Part shown: one piece after another, positions 40,016-49,527 of the stretch
Layout: the number at the start of each line of letters is the position of its first letter
Numbering within the stretch: position 1 is the first letter of the stretch
Origin: Nitrospirota bacterium
GTDB lineage: Bacteria; Nitrospirota; Nitrospiria; Nitrospirales; Nitrospiraceae
Assembly: GCA_963703955.1 (NCBI GenBank)
Contig: CAVPGK010000023.1
Span: forward strand, 85,117-149,116
Length of the DNA: 64,000 nucleotides
Direction of reading: 5' to 3'
Made by a program: the position numbers and the translations under genes
The notes under the pieces: generated by a model
Told to the model about the DNA's origin: nothing
What the model saw: the letters and a program-made list of their open reading frames with translations, nothing else
Database searches by the model: none

Positions 40016-41332
40016 TCATCCTTGAATCACCGCATGCCGGTACACAAATTCCAGTGATTTATCGGCCAAAATCCGGCCCTTGAGCTCCTCAGCCATTTCT
40101 TCACCGCCGGCCTGGAACATGCGCCGAACCTCTTCCGGGGACATTTTCAAGCCCGAGGCCAACCGGCTTAGTTCCGCCGAAATGTCCTCCTCCTCCACGC
40201 GAAGACCTTCTTTCTCGGCGATCGCCTCGAGGATCAAGCCGGCCTTCACGCGACGTTTGGCCTCTGGGAGAAACTCGTCCCGAAGCTTTTTGATCTCCTC
40301 TTGGCGCTTCAGAGGGTCCTCATGATCTGATTTCTTGCGGCGTCGCGAATCGAGGTTCTGCTGAATCATCGCCGAGAGTTCCCGCTCGACGAGGGTCTCA
40401 GGGGTATCGAAGTGGTGAGTCTCGATAAGGCGCTTCAGGATGCCGTCTTTATACGTTTCGTCGATGTCCCTCTTCAGCGCTTTCTCCATTTCACCCCGCA
40501 CCTTGTCTTTGAGTTCGTCCAATGAACCGTACGGGCCGCAGTCCTTGGCGAATTCATCGTCGAGCGGCGGCAATTTCTTCTGCTTGACGCCACCAATCTT
40601 GATTCGGAAGACGACAGTCTTCCCCGCCAAACGCGCGTCGGGATGGGTTGCCGGGTACGGCTGAGAAATCTCGATCATCTCGCCTTCCTTCTTTCCAGTC
40701 AGCCGGTCATCGACCTCGACCCCAAGTACAGGCGTCTTGGAGCCTACCTGGTGCAGATGTCCCGATTTTTTGGCGCCCTCCAGCGGAGCCACATCGAGAA
40801 ATCCTTCCACATCCAACATGGCATAATCGCCTTCGGCAAGCGCAGTGCCGGTAGGCGCGGGGTGGAGCTGCGCCTGCTGCTCGCGGAGAGCGTCGAGCGC
40901 CTTGGTCACTTGCTCCTCTGTGACCGTTCGCTTGTCCGGCTTGAGAGAAATCGGGTTTGGAGCCTTGTAGTCCCGAAGGTCGATCTTGGGTTTGATCTCG
41001 ACCGTGGCGGTGAAGGAGAACGCGGCATTTTTCTTGATCTTGACCCGTTCCAGGGGCGGCACCTGTACCAGCACTGGCACAATGCCGGCCTCACGAACGG
41101 CACGGTTGTAATAGTCGGGCACCAGTTTGCGTACGACATCATCTTCGACGACCTTCGCGTAGCGCTTTTCCAAGAGCGCCAGTGGTGCTTTGCCGGGTCG
41201 AAACCCGGGAATCTGAACCTGCCGGTTGAGTTCCGCATAGGCCTCGGCAAATTGACGATTGACCTCGTCCTCCGGAATCTCAATCTTCAGCGCGCGCCTG
41301 CTTGGACCAAGTTCAGTGACTTCCAGTTTCAT
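40016..41332 (-). CDS. tig: Trigger factor
   Basis: IPGFRPGKAP ribosome-binding motif, LDDEFAK; tig-clpP-clpX gene order. Confidence 0.97.
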   Translation of the reverse strand: MKLEVTELGPSRRALKIEIPEDEVNRQFAEAYAELNRQVQIPGFRPGKAPLALLEKRYAKVVEDDVVRKLVPDYYNRAVREAGIVPVLVQVPPLERVKIKKNAAFSFTATVEIKPKIDLRDYKAPNPISLKPDKRTVTEEQVTKALDALREQQAQLHPAPTGTALAEGDYAMLDVEGFLDVAPLEGAKKSGHLHQVGSKTPVLGVEVDDRLTGKKEGEMIEISQPYPATHPDARLAGKTVVFRIKIGGVKQKKLPPLDDEFAKDCGPYGSLDELKDKVRGEMEKALKRDIDETYKDGILKRLIETHHFDTPETLVERELSAMIQQNLDSRRRKKSDHEDPLKRQEEIKKLRDEFLPEAKRRVKAGLILEAIAEKEGLRVEEEDISAELSRLASGLKMSPEEVRRMFQAGGEEMAEELKGRILADKSLEFVYRHAVIQG

Positions 41333-41432
41333 CTTACATTCTCACACTGCCTACCTTGCGCACGGGACAGGTAACGGATCAACCCGACTGCAGGGGATGC
41401 CCTACGTGAATCCTGATAGCGTGTTTGCAGGT

Positions 41433-41515
41433 TGGTGCGAGAGGGGGGACTTGAACCCCCACGGTTTCCCACGAGATCCTAAGTCTCGCGCGTCTGCCAG
41501 TTCCGCCACTCTCGC
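41433..41515 (-). tRNA. tRNA-Leu (anticodon TAG)
   Basis: GCGAGAGTGGCGGAACTGGCAGACGCG CGAGA CTTAGGA TCTCG…GGTTCAAGTCC…TCTCGCACCA. Confidence 0.97.
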
Positions 41516-41850
41516 GCTGAAGCCCTGAGTAGACCCGGAACTCTTACGAAGACATTGCGCCGACAGGTAGGTTGTAGTCTGACCTCCCTCCTCCTGTCAA
41601 GGTGAACGATGTCCTTTGCGCCGCAGCCCGGGTCACGAAGAGCCTCATGAGATCTGAGTTGGCTATAGAGATATCGGAGTGGACCTCGGTATACTGAATC
41701 AAGGGCAGGAAAACCCCGGAGTCGATGCTGGGTCAGCAGGTGTCATGACTCTCCCCAGCGGACGGTCTCGGCGTCTGCTTCAGCTTCCCATCAGATCCTG
41801 CTCGAACTTACTTTTTCGATGAAATCCCGGTGGAAGACGGGAGGTGCGTC

Positions 41851-42939
41851 ATGATGCGGGCAGTCTTAGTCGTCATAGGGGCCATCGGCCTGTCGACGTG
41901 GTACTTTCCGACAGATCTGAGCTGGAGCTACCGAGAATACTTCACTCCCGAACAAAGGGAGATGTTGGTCAAGGCTCAGGTCGTACTCGCCGAGGCTATC
42001 GCGATTACCGACAAGGGTACGGTGCCGCCGGATGCTCTCGTCGAGACGGTTTCACGACGTTTGCAGGAGGTGGGTTATACCGTCGTCACAAATTCGTCAC
42101 AACCACACGATGTGGCATTCAGAGTCAAATGCGAACAACGGAAGACATGGGAAGGCACCACTCCTTCAGGCGGCGATGCCGATTTACCCGATTCACCGTC
42201 CCGCGTCTGGAAGGGCCCAGCCTGCCAACTGAACTATTTTCTAGGCGGGTCCAAGATCAAATGGCAGAAGGAGGTCAGGACCGATTTTCCCGACGCGGTT
42301 GAGGCGGCGCAGGCGGCTCATGCGGATGATCCGGGCACGTTTGCCATGACTAAGCTCAACGAAAGGCTCGGGCAATATGACTTCCCCGTGCTGTTGGCGG
42401 CGGAGTGGGGGCAAGTGGACCGGCTTTTGAAAGTATTGGATGCATCCGAAACTCCCCAGGTGCGGAAGCTGAAAGTCATTTCTCTTCTCGGCGAGATGCA
42501 GGCTGACGAAGCTTTTCCCAAGCTCACGGAGGCCCTCAAGGACAAGAACCTCGCCCAACAAGCGGCTGTAGCGCTCGGGAGCACGGGTAGAGAGTCGATC
42601 CCGATCTTGGTTGACATGCTGAAGAACTCGAAAGACCCGGAGTTGCAAGCGGCCGCCGCCAAGGGATTAGGTCAAGTCGGCGGTCTGAACGGCGATGCCA
42701 CCGTCATTCCACCGCTCCTGGATATGCTGTTCAAGCCCGGCATCGATATGGCGGTCCGGACCGAAGTCGTGTGGGCGATCGGCAAGGTACCGGACAAGAG
42801 AGCGATTGAGCCCTTGCACCGGCTTGATCGGGAAATTCAGGCGACCCAGAGCGATGATCCTGCGTTCAAGAAGCTGAAGGAGGCGGCCTTCTGGTCGCTC
42901 AAAATGACGGACACGGAGCTTTCCTCGGAGAATCCGTAA
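41851..42939 (+). CDS. Membrane-anchored or exported HEAT-repeat protein
   Basis: N-terminal hydrophobic segment; C-terminal HEAT-like repeats (AAVALG, AAAKGLG, VVWAIG); RBS GGAGG. Confidence 0.8.
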   Translation: MMRAVLVVIGAIGLSTWYFPTDLSWSYREYFTPEQREMLVKAQVVLAEAIAITDKGTVPPDALVETVSRRLQEVGYTVVTNSSQPHDVAFRVKCEQRKTWEGTTPSGGDADLPDSPSRVWKGPACQLNYFLGGSKIKWQKEVRTDFPDAVEAAQAAHADDPGTFAMTKLNERLGQYDFPVLLAAEWGQVDRLLKVLDASETPQVRKLKVISLLGEMQADEAFPKLTEALKDKNLAQQAAVALGSTGRESIPILVDMLKNSKDPELQAAAAKGLGQVGGLNGDATVIPPLLDMLFKPGIDMAVRTEVVWAIGKVPDKRAIEPLHRLDREIQATQSDDPAFKKLKEAAFWSLKMTDTELSSENP

Positions 42940-43152
42940 CGAATCCCGATCCAAGAAGACTTCGCTGAGGAGCGGGAACGGGTATGTCGGTGCTGTTCGC
43001 CGACATCCTAAAGCAGGTGCCTCAGTTCTCTGTTTCGTAATCGCACTCGCCGTGCGATCTTCCGTGAATGGCAATACATGATGCAGGAACGATTGGCTAG
43101 AGTCTAAGTGCGGAGATGTAGGGACATCGAGCATTAAGGGAGGACATCCCTC

Positions 43153-44397
43153 ATGACGAAGATCTCACGCAGAGGATTTCTGCAGCTTTCAGCGGCAACC
43201 GGCAGTGCATGGCTCTTCGGTGATCTGGTCAGCCAAGTGTTTGACGTCACTGGAAGAACTCCTGACGCCTCTGCGGCTGAGCCAATCAAAGTCGGCATGC
43301 TCGATCCGCTCTCGAGTCCTTACAAGACTTCGTCAATTCATGACGTCCACGGCGCGACCGTCGCGATGGATTGGTACAACAAGCGGGGTGGGGTCCTTGG
43401 TCGTCAGGTAAGCCTCATTGAGGCAGACGATGCCTCGAATGTCCAGACGGCGATCAAAGCGGCGACGAAACTGATTCAAGAAGATCGCGTCGATTTCTTA
43501 ATGGGCACCTTTAACGGCGATGTCGCTTTGGCTGTGGCGGAGGTAGCCAAACACGAGAACAAACTATTCATGGTCACCGCGGCCTATGTCATGGAACTCA
43601 CTGGTTCACGCTGCGATGCCCACACCTTTGTCTTCATGCCGAACGCCCGCATGATGTCGCAGGCAGTCGCGCCGCACATTATCAAAGCTCACGGCAATCG
43701 CTGGTATATGGTCACCGCGGAAACCGTGGACGGTAAGTCGGCCCTTGAGGCCATGACGGCCGCTCTGAAGACACAGGGTGGCGAAGTCGTCGGTGCGGCG
43801 AACACACCGTTCGGCGCGACTGATTTTACGGCGGTCCTCACCCGGGCCAAGGCCGAGAAGCCACATGCCATCATCCTGAACCTGTATGGGTGGGACCTCG
43901 TCAATGCGCTCAAAGCCTACACCAAATTGGAGTTGGCCAAAGAAAAAATCGGTGTCGGAGGAATGATTGCGGGGGAGCAGATCGGGCGGCCGCTTGGCTA
44001 CGCCAACAATGCCGGTATTTGGGGGCTGATTTGGGATCCGAAAATCAACACGGAAAGCTCGAGGCGATTTATCCAGGGCGTGATCGAGAAGTACAACCAC
44101 ACCCCCACTTCACGTTGCTACCTGGGGTATGCCGCCATGACCCAAGTCCTTGAAGGGATACGCCGGGCCGGTACCACGGATACCGGAGCCGTCATGAAGG
44201 CTCTGGAAGGGCACGAGTTTGACGGGCTAAAGGAAGGCCCCTCGTATTTTCGAGCCTGGGATCATCAACACGTCCAGGATATCCTGGTCGGCCAAGCCTA
44301 TGGGAAAGAACTGGGGCTCGGGCACTACCAAATTCTGGCCACGGTTCCCGGCGATGCCGTCGCGGGAAGCCGCGATCAGAACATTTGTGTGCTCTGA
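43153..44397 (+). CDS. Tat-exported LivK/HAAT-type periplasmic binding protein
   Basis: SRRGFL twin-arginine signal; IKVGMLDPLS, GGVLGRQV, DD, DFTAVL, AGTTD. Confidence 0.92.
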   Translation: MTKISRRGFLQLSAATGSAWLFGDLVSQVFDVTGRTPDASAAEPIKVGMLDPLSSPYKTSSIHDVHGATVAMDWYNKRGGVLGRQVSLIEADDASNVQTAIKAATKLIQEDRVDFLMGTFNGDVALAVAEVAKHENKLFMVTAAYVMELTGSRCDAHTFVFMPNARMMSQAVAPHIIKAHGNRWYMVTAETVDGKSALEAMTAALKTQGGEVVGAANTPFGATDFTAVLTRAKAEKPHAIILNLYGWDLVNALKAYTKLELAKEKIGVGGMIAGEQIGRPLGYANNAGIWGLIWDPKINTESSRRFIQGVIEKYNHTPTSRCYLGYAAMTQVLEGIRRAGTTDTGAVMKALEGHEFDGLKEGPSYFRAWDHQHVQDILVGQAYGKELGLGHYQILATVPGDAVAGSRDQNICVL

Positions 44398-44477
44398 TTG
44401 TGTGTTCGCCCGACTCCAGACAGCCTGATCGCGGCTCGATCGGCGCGTTTGCAATGGGCGCACTTCATCATCGACAG

Positions 44478-44921
44478 CTAGGGCAGAGTCATACGACCCA
44501 ACATGGCGACCAGTAACGGGACCATCGTCCGTGACACCCATACTTCACCGTCGTCGACCAAGCGGACGGCTTTGGCCAAAGAAGTTCGAGCGAGCGTCTG
44601 CTCGAGATAACCCCGCGCGCCATGTGAGAGCGCATGAACCAGCCGCAGGGAGCCGATGCGGCTGGTCAGCAAGATCACTTTGGTCTGCGGACTGCACCTC
44701 CTGATCAGTGGAAGCAGCGGCACCTCGTCCAATCCAACCATCTTCCAATCCAATAAAAGGATGCGAGGCCTCAGCTTCAAAGCACTGACCACTGCGCGCC
44801 TGCTCCCAACTTCTGCCACGACTTGAATTCCCTTCTCCGGCTGAAGCTGTTTCAAATAGGAAGTCCGAGTGGCTTTTTTGGGATCGGCTATCACCACACT
44901 GATGTGTCTCACAACAGTCAA
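44478..44921 (-). CDS. NarL-like receiver-only protein with no HTH (start uncertain)
   Basis: VVIAD, ILLLDW, TKVILLT, GARGYL, KAVRLV..GEVWVSR. Confidence 0.75.
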   Translation of the reverse strand: MTVVRHISVVIADPKKATRTSYLKQLQPEKGIQVVAEVGSRRAVVSALKLRPRILLLDWKMVGLDEVPLLPLIRRCSPQTKVILLTSRIGSLRLVHALSHGARGYLEQTLARTSLAKAVRLVDDGEVWVSRTMVPLLVAMLGRMTLP

Positions 44922-45171
44922 CCCCAGTCGTTCGCCCTCAACGAGGGCTGATTATGTCGATGGCCGAGAGAGAGAACAATTGGACTTAGGTCTGTACCAA
45001 AAAGGCAATCTTTTAATCATGCCTGTTCAGGATAAAGAACACGCAAGAGGTAGGAAAGGGGAAGCCGACCCCTCGTCGTCAGTACGGTTAGGGAGACGGG
45101 AGCCCACAAGACCGACACTCTCCTGGACGAATGACGACACGACTGAAGGCAGGCACCGAACGGCAGGCGGG

Positions 45172-45627
45172 TCAACGCTTCGCGAGGTGCAGTTTCTGCA
45201 GACTCAGGCGAGCCAGACGATCGATGATCTTCGCGACCATCGCCCGAGACACCCAGCTTTCTCCCCTATGCACGACCTCAACAGCCCTGACAAGAAACCG
45301 ACGGACCAAGGTCGGGCCAAGATACCCTCGAGCCCCCTGCGAGATCGCTTCGATGATTTTCGCTTCAGAAGCCCTGCCGGTCAGGAGAATGACCTTGGTC
45401 TGCGGACTCTTGACGCGAATAAGCATCAAAGGGGGAACCGAATTTTTCCTGTTCATTTTCAGGTCGTACAGCAGAATTTGAGGTTTCAAGTCGGCGCCGA
45501 CAACGGCTTCTTGTGAGGTTCGCGCAGTTCCCACAACGCGGATGCGTTTCGTCCTCCGAAGGAGGCTCAGACAAACGTCAGACCTTCGCTTCTCACGATC
45601 TGCGATGAGAACGGTAATGGGCGGCAA
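45172..45627 (-). CDS. NarL-like receiver-only protein with no HTH
   Basis: VLIAD, ILLYDL, TKVILLT, GARGYL, RAVEVVHRGESWVSR. Confidence 0.78.
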   Translation of the reverse strand: MPPITVLIADREKRRSDVCLSLLRRTKRIRVVGTARTSQEAVVGADLKPQILLYDLKMNRKNSVPPLMLIRVKSPQTKVILLTGRASEAKIIEAISQGARGYLGPTLVRRFLVRAVEVVHRGESWVSRAMVAKIIDRLARLSLQKLHLAKR

Positions 45628-45656
45628 AGATCCCTCTCAACTCATCGGAGTTGCTG

Positions 45657-46361
45657 TTAATGAGGTTCGGGTCGATGCCCATTGACGAATAGGGCCAGAT
45701 GAAGCCGGTCGGATACACCAAGTTTTCGGAAAATAGACGTGAGATGAGCCTTCACGGTTTTCTCGGTCACATTGAGTTGATTCCCGATTTCCTTATTACT
45801 GGCCCCGACACCAAGCAACTGGACAATCTCACGTTCACGTGGAGTCAAGCGGTCGAGTGACTCGTCCGGCTTCGGAAGAGATTTCGTCCGCTGCTTCTCC
45901 GTCAGGGCTACTAGGGCATCGAGAAGCTGGGAGATAAACCTTCGGCCCACCCAAATCTCGCCTTTCTGCACCATCTGTACAGCTTTTTTCAGAAGTCCCG
46001 GATCAATATCCAAGCTGCAATAGCCTTTAACCCCCGCCTCAAGCATCGACGTCCCCTCGTCTTCGGCGAGCGTCTTCGTAAGAAGAATGATTTTTGTCGA
46101 GGGATTCAGCCGTTGGATGGCGGAGACTTCCGCCCTGTCTTGAAGCCCGGGGAAACCCAGATCAAGGAGCAGGATGGCAGGTTTGAGGCTGCTCATGCTC
46201 CGCTGAAGGTCAGGTAGTTCGGACGCCTCATGAACGACCGAAGTGGACTTTAACGCCTGCCTCCACTGTTGTCGTTTCGCCTCAAGCGGACTGGCCAGAA
46301 GAACGCAAAGCGACCGCATCAAACCTGGATCAAACGCTCTCTTGACTACCTTAGACTCCAT
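45657..46361 (-). CDS. NarL/LuxR-family response regulator
   Basis: Receiver-like domain plus LTPREREIVQLLGVGASNKEIG.QLNVTEKTVKAHL..IFRKLGV. Confidence 0.92.
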   Translation of the reverse strand: MESKVVKRAFDPGLMRSLCVLLASPLEAKRQQWRQALKSTSVVHEASELPDLQRSMSSLKPAILLLDLGFPGLQDRAEVSAIQRLNPSTKIILLTKTLAEDEGTSMLEAGVKGYCSLDIDPGLLKKAVQMVQKGEIWVGRRFISQLLDALVALTEKQRTKSLPKPDESLDRLTPREREIVQLLGVGASNKEIGNQLNVTEKTVKAHLTSIFRKLGVSDRLHLALFVNGHRPEPH

Positions 46362-46779
46362 CTGCGTGGGTCATCAGACCGGGGGGTGGAGAACAAGAAT
46401 ACTGTATCAGTTTTTGGCCGAAAAATCTTCTCTCCTCCTCGTGATCCATCAGTCTGGCGTGACTTCGACGAGTGATCGAGCAATCACTCATGGACTCTCA
46501 CTCGACCCCAACGGCGCTGAGGGCCCGTACCTAGGTTTCGCTGCATGAACGGGGCCTGCACGGAGCACGGCGCGCTGATCGTCCCCGATGGGGAGCCTCG
46601 ACTGGCGGCGGCCCGGCCGATCGTCTCTCTGCAGGGAGCCCGGCACGCGCCCGGGTCCATGAACCTGCAAGCAGCTTGACATCACTTGCCTCAACGAACA
46701 TTTGCATTCGCGCACCGATCTTCCTAAAATATAAGAAAGTAAGGAGTGCATCTTTTCGTTACAGGAAAGGACCCCCGCC

Positions 46780-47427
46780 ATGAAATTCTATCTGGATACG
46801 GCGAACGTCAAAGAAATCAAAGAGGCCGCGAGCCTTGGCGTGCTGGACGGCATCACGACAAATCCCTCGTTAGTGGCAAAAGAAGGCCGGGACTTCCGTG
46901 AAGCGCTCTTGGAAATCTGCCACATCGTGGACGGCCCAATCAGCGCCGAAGTCGTGACCGTCGAGGAAGATGCCATGGTCAAGGAAGGGAGGGACCTGGC
47001 CAAGATTCACAAGAACATCGTGGTCAAGTGCCCGTTGACTCCGGAAGGGCTCAAAGCCACCAAACGGCTGACGGCTGAGGGAATCCGCGTGAACGTCACC
47101 CTCTGTTTTTCGCCCACACAGGCCTTGCTGGCCGCAAAGGCCGGGGCGTGGTGTGTCTCCCCGTTCATCGGTCGATTGGACGATATCAGCACCGATGGCA
47201 TGACGCTCATTCGCCAAATCGTGAGGATCTACCGCAACTATGAGTACAAAACCAAGGTGCTCGTCGCAAGTGTCCGCCATCCGCAGCATGTGGTCGAAGC
47301 GGCTCTCGCAGGGGGTGATATTTGTACAATGCCTTATACCGTCTTCCAGCAACTCGTGAAGCATCCGTTGACCGACCTCGGCCTAAAAAAATTCCTGGCC
47401 GACTGGAACACCCAACACAAGGGCTAG
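46780..47427 (+). CDS. tal: Transaldolase (short TalC/FSA-like subfamily)
   Basis: [15 protein letters not shown] (Glu), VVKCP Schiff-base Lys, [15 protein letters not shown]. The Phe here is typical of transaldolase rather than FSA. Confidence 0.92.
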   Translation: MKFYLDTANVKEIKEAASLGVLDGITTNPSLVAKEGRDFREALLEICHIVDGPISAEVVTVEEDAMVKEGRDLAKIHKNIVVKCPLTPEGLKATKRLTAEGIRVNVTLCFSPTQALLAAKAGAWCVSPFIGRLDDISTDGMTLIRQIVRIYRNYEYKTKVLVASVRHPQHVVEAALAGGDICTMPYTVFQQLVKHPLTDLGLKKFLADWNTQHKG

Positions 47428-47484
47428 TCCATTCCCAGATCGGTAAAGACCGGCTTTCCCGGACCATCAGGGGGTCGTCGGTCT

Positions 47485-48180
47485 TTATGCGTTCGATGGC
47501 CTTCGTAAGATTGCCCTAGCTCGCCTGAACACGGCATGAAACATCGTCCTGGTCAGTTTTCCTGTAAATGTATTTTGCTGGCTCGGATGGTACGATCCCA
47601 ACAGGGCCACCCCCCATGAAAGCGGATGCACCGTCCCGTGCCCAAAGCGAAGCACGGTAGCGGGCATTGCGCATCCCAGCGCGCGGCAAGCTTTCAAGTA
47701 TTGATCAAACGCGATCTTACCGAGCGCCACCACCACCTGTACTCGCGTCAGAAGACGCAACTCCTCGATCAGGAACGGCCGGCATGCTTCAAACTCATCC
47801 GGAGTCGGTTTGTTACCAGGCGGCGCGCAGCGTACGGCGGCCGTGATGTAGCAATCGGTCAGGTGAAGCCCGTCGCCCTTATGGATCGACTCCGGCTGAT
47901 TGGCAAAGCCGAACCGGTAGAGCGCGCCGTAGAGCCAATCCCCGCTCCGGTCTCCGGTGAAGATGCGACCTGTCCGGTTGCCACCGTGAGCAGCGGGGGC
48001 CAGCCCCACGATCAGGAGTCGGGCGTCTGGATCACCGAATCCGGGAAGAGGACGCCCCCAATAGGTCCAGCTTTGATATTGCCGACGCTTAGAACGAGCG
48101 GTAAGTTCCCGATGGGTCACGAGGCGTGGGCATCTGCGACATTCAATGATTCGATCCTGAAGAACCGTGAATTCGCGCAT
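47485..48180 (-). CDS. Uracil-DNA glycosylase, family 5 (UdgB-like)
   Basis: CRRCPRL, GLAPAAHGGNRTGR.FTGD, RCAPPGNKP, YHPSQQN. Confidence 0.93.
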   Translation of the reverse strand: MREFTVLQDRIIECRRCPRLVTHRELTARSKRRQYQSWTYWGRPLPGFGDPDARLLIVGLAPAAHGGNRTGRIFTGDRSGDWLYGALYRFGFANQPESIHKGDGLHLTDCYITAAVRCAPPGNKPTPDEFEACRPFLIEELRLLTRVQVVVALGKIAFDQYLKACRALGCAMPATVLRFGHGTVHPLSWGVALLGSYHPSQQNTFTGKLTRTMFHAVFRRARAILRRPSNA

Positions 48181-48285
48181 GGGGTGCTACAATAGCACAG
48201 AGCTCGATAAGGGGCGGAATGTTCTTGCCGCTCTCGGGCCTTCTTGGTAACATACGCCCTTATTCTTATTCAAAAAGGAAATCAT

Positions 48286-49422
48286 ATGCTTCTCGTTGAT
48301 CAACGCTCGCGATTGCACCTGGTGGGGCGCATCCATTTTCCGCTGATCTTGGCAGTGGTGATCGCGATCACCTCAGGTTCACCGAGTATAGCTACAGAGG
48401 ACTCGCCTCCGCATACTCCGAACCCAGCGTACACAGAGCCTCCAGACCACGGCTCTGCTCAACTCGAGCCCTCGAACGGCAAACCGAGCCCACCAGACCA
48501 GGAGAACGTGACGCCGCCCACCGAAGAGCTGATTCCTTCTCCGGATTCGGATGATCAACTGGTCATTATCCCGGAAGAGGATCGGCAAGGCCGGCCGTTT
48601 TTCCTCAGCTCGTTCAAGCTGCCGGAAAAACTGTCTTTCGCCGGTGTTCCCGTCCCTCTCGACAATTGGCAAGTCCGCGAGCGAGTCGAATATGAGTTCT
48701 ACCAGTTTCTGGCGGAGGAGGGCGAAAGTATCATTTTGGCCAAACGGACCGGGCGCTGTTTCCCACCGGTCGAGAAGCAGTTGGCAGAGTCCGGCTTACC
48801 GGACGATCTGAAATTCATGTTGCTGGTCGAAAGCAAATGCATCTCGGCGGCTTACTCGAGGGCCAAGGCCTCCGGCCCCTGGCAGTTCATCGGGTCAACC
48901 GGGAAACGATACAAGCTATACAGCAACAAGTGGCGAGACGATCGGCGCAATTTGGAGATGTCCACGGAAGCGGCGATCAAATACCTTCGCTTTCTCAAAC
49001 AGGAGCTGGGTGATTGGTTTCTCGCAATGGCCGCCTACAACGCGGGCGAAGATCGCATCAGGAGATTGCTCAAGGAACAGAAGGTCGACGACTATTGGAA
49101 GTTACACTATGTCCGTGAGACCATGCGTTATGTCCCTCGCATCATCGCGGCAAAGGAAATCTATTCCCAGCCCGAAAAGTACCTGGGCCTGACTAAGAAG
49201 GATCTCTATGCCCCGGTGGAAACGGAAACAGTTACGGTCAACGTCAAGGAGTCGCAGCGTCATTTGTCTTCCATCGCCCAGGAGTACGGCTCGTACTTCC
49301 TTGAGCTCAAGATGCTCAACCCTGAAATCAGAAAAGAGTACCTGCCCAAAGGCACTCACCACATCAAGATCCCCAAACAGGCCTGCCCATTCCGTTGCTT
49401 GAAGCAAGAAAAGCTGCCGTAG
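48286..49422 (+). CDS. Lytic transglycosylase (MltD-like SLT domain)
   Basis: VES, A.G.WQF, AAYNAGE, ETMRYVPRI; N-terminal hydrophobic segment. Confidence 0.92.
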   Translation: MLLVDQRSRLHLVGRIHFPLILAVVIAITSGSPSIATEDSPPHTPNPAYTEPPDHGSAQLEPSNGKPSPPDQENVTPPTEELIPSPDSDDQLVIIPEEDRQGRPFFLSSFKLPEKLSFAGVPVPLDNWQVRERVEYEFYQFLAEEGESIILAKRTGRCFPPVEKQLAESGLPDDLKFMLLVESKCISAAYSRAKASGPWQFIGSTGKRYKLYSNKWRDDRRNLEMSTEAAIKYLRFLKQELGDWFLAMAAYNAGEDRIRRLLKEQKVDDYWKLHYVRETMRYVPRIIAAKEIYSQPEKYLGLTKKDLYAPVETETVTVNVKESQRHLSSIAQEYGSYFLELKMLNPEIRKEYLPKGTHHIKIPKQACPFRCLKQEKLP

Positions 49423-49527
49423 TAAAGCTCTCTCTTGAATCCCTCCTTCTGAGTCCGATACTCTCGCCCCGGTCAGGCTTTCCTCGTTCCGTCTCGAGAC
49501 GCCATGACGGGCTTCGGTCTCGACCGC

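Noticed and set aside
43069..43085. TGGCA…TGCA as a sigma-54 promoter for the binding-protein gene
   Set aside because: GG-to-GC spacing is 11 nt; sigma-54 needs 10.
46488..46680. Very GC-rich intergenic segment upstream of tal (gene remnant or RNA?)
   Set aside because: No recognisable protein motif in the frames read, no match to the other repeats, and no convincing structure by eye.
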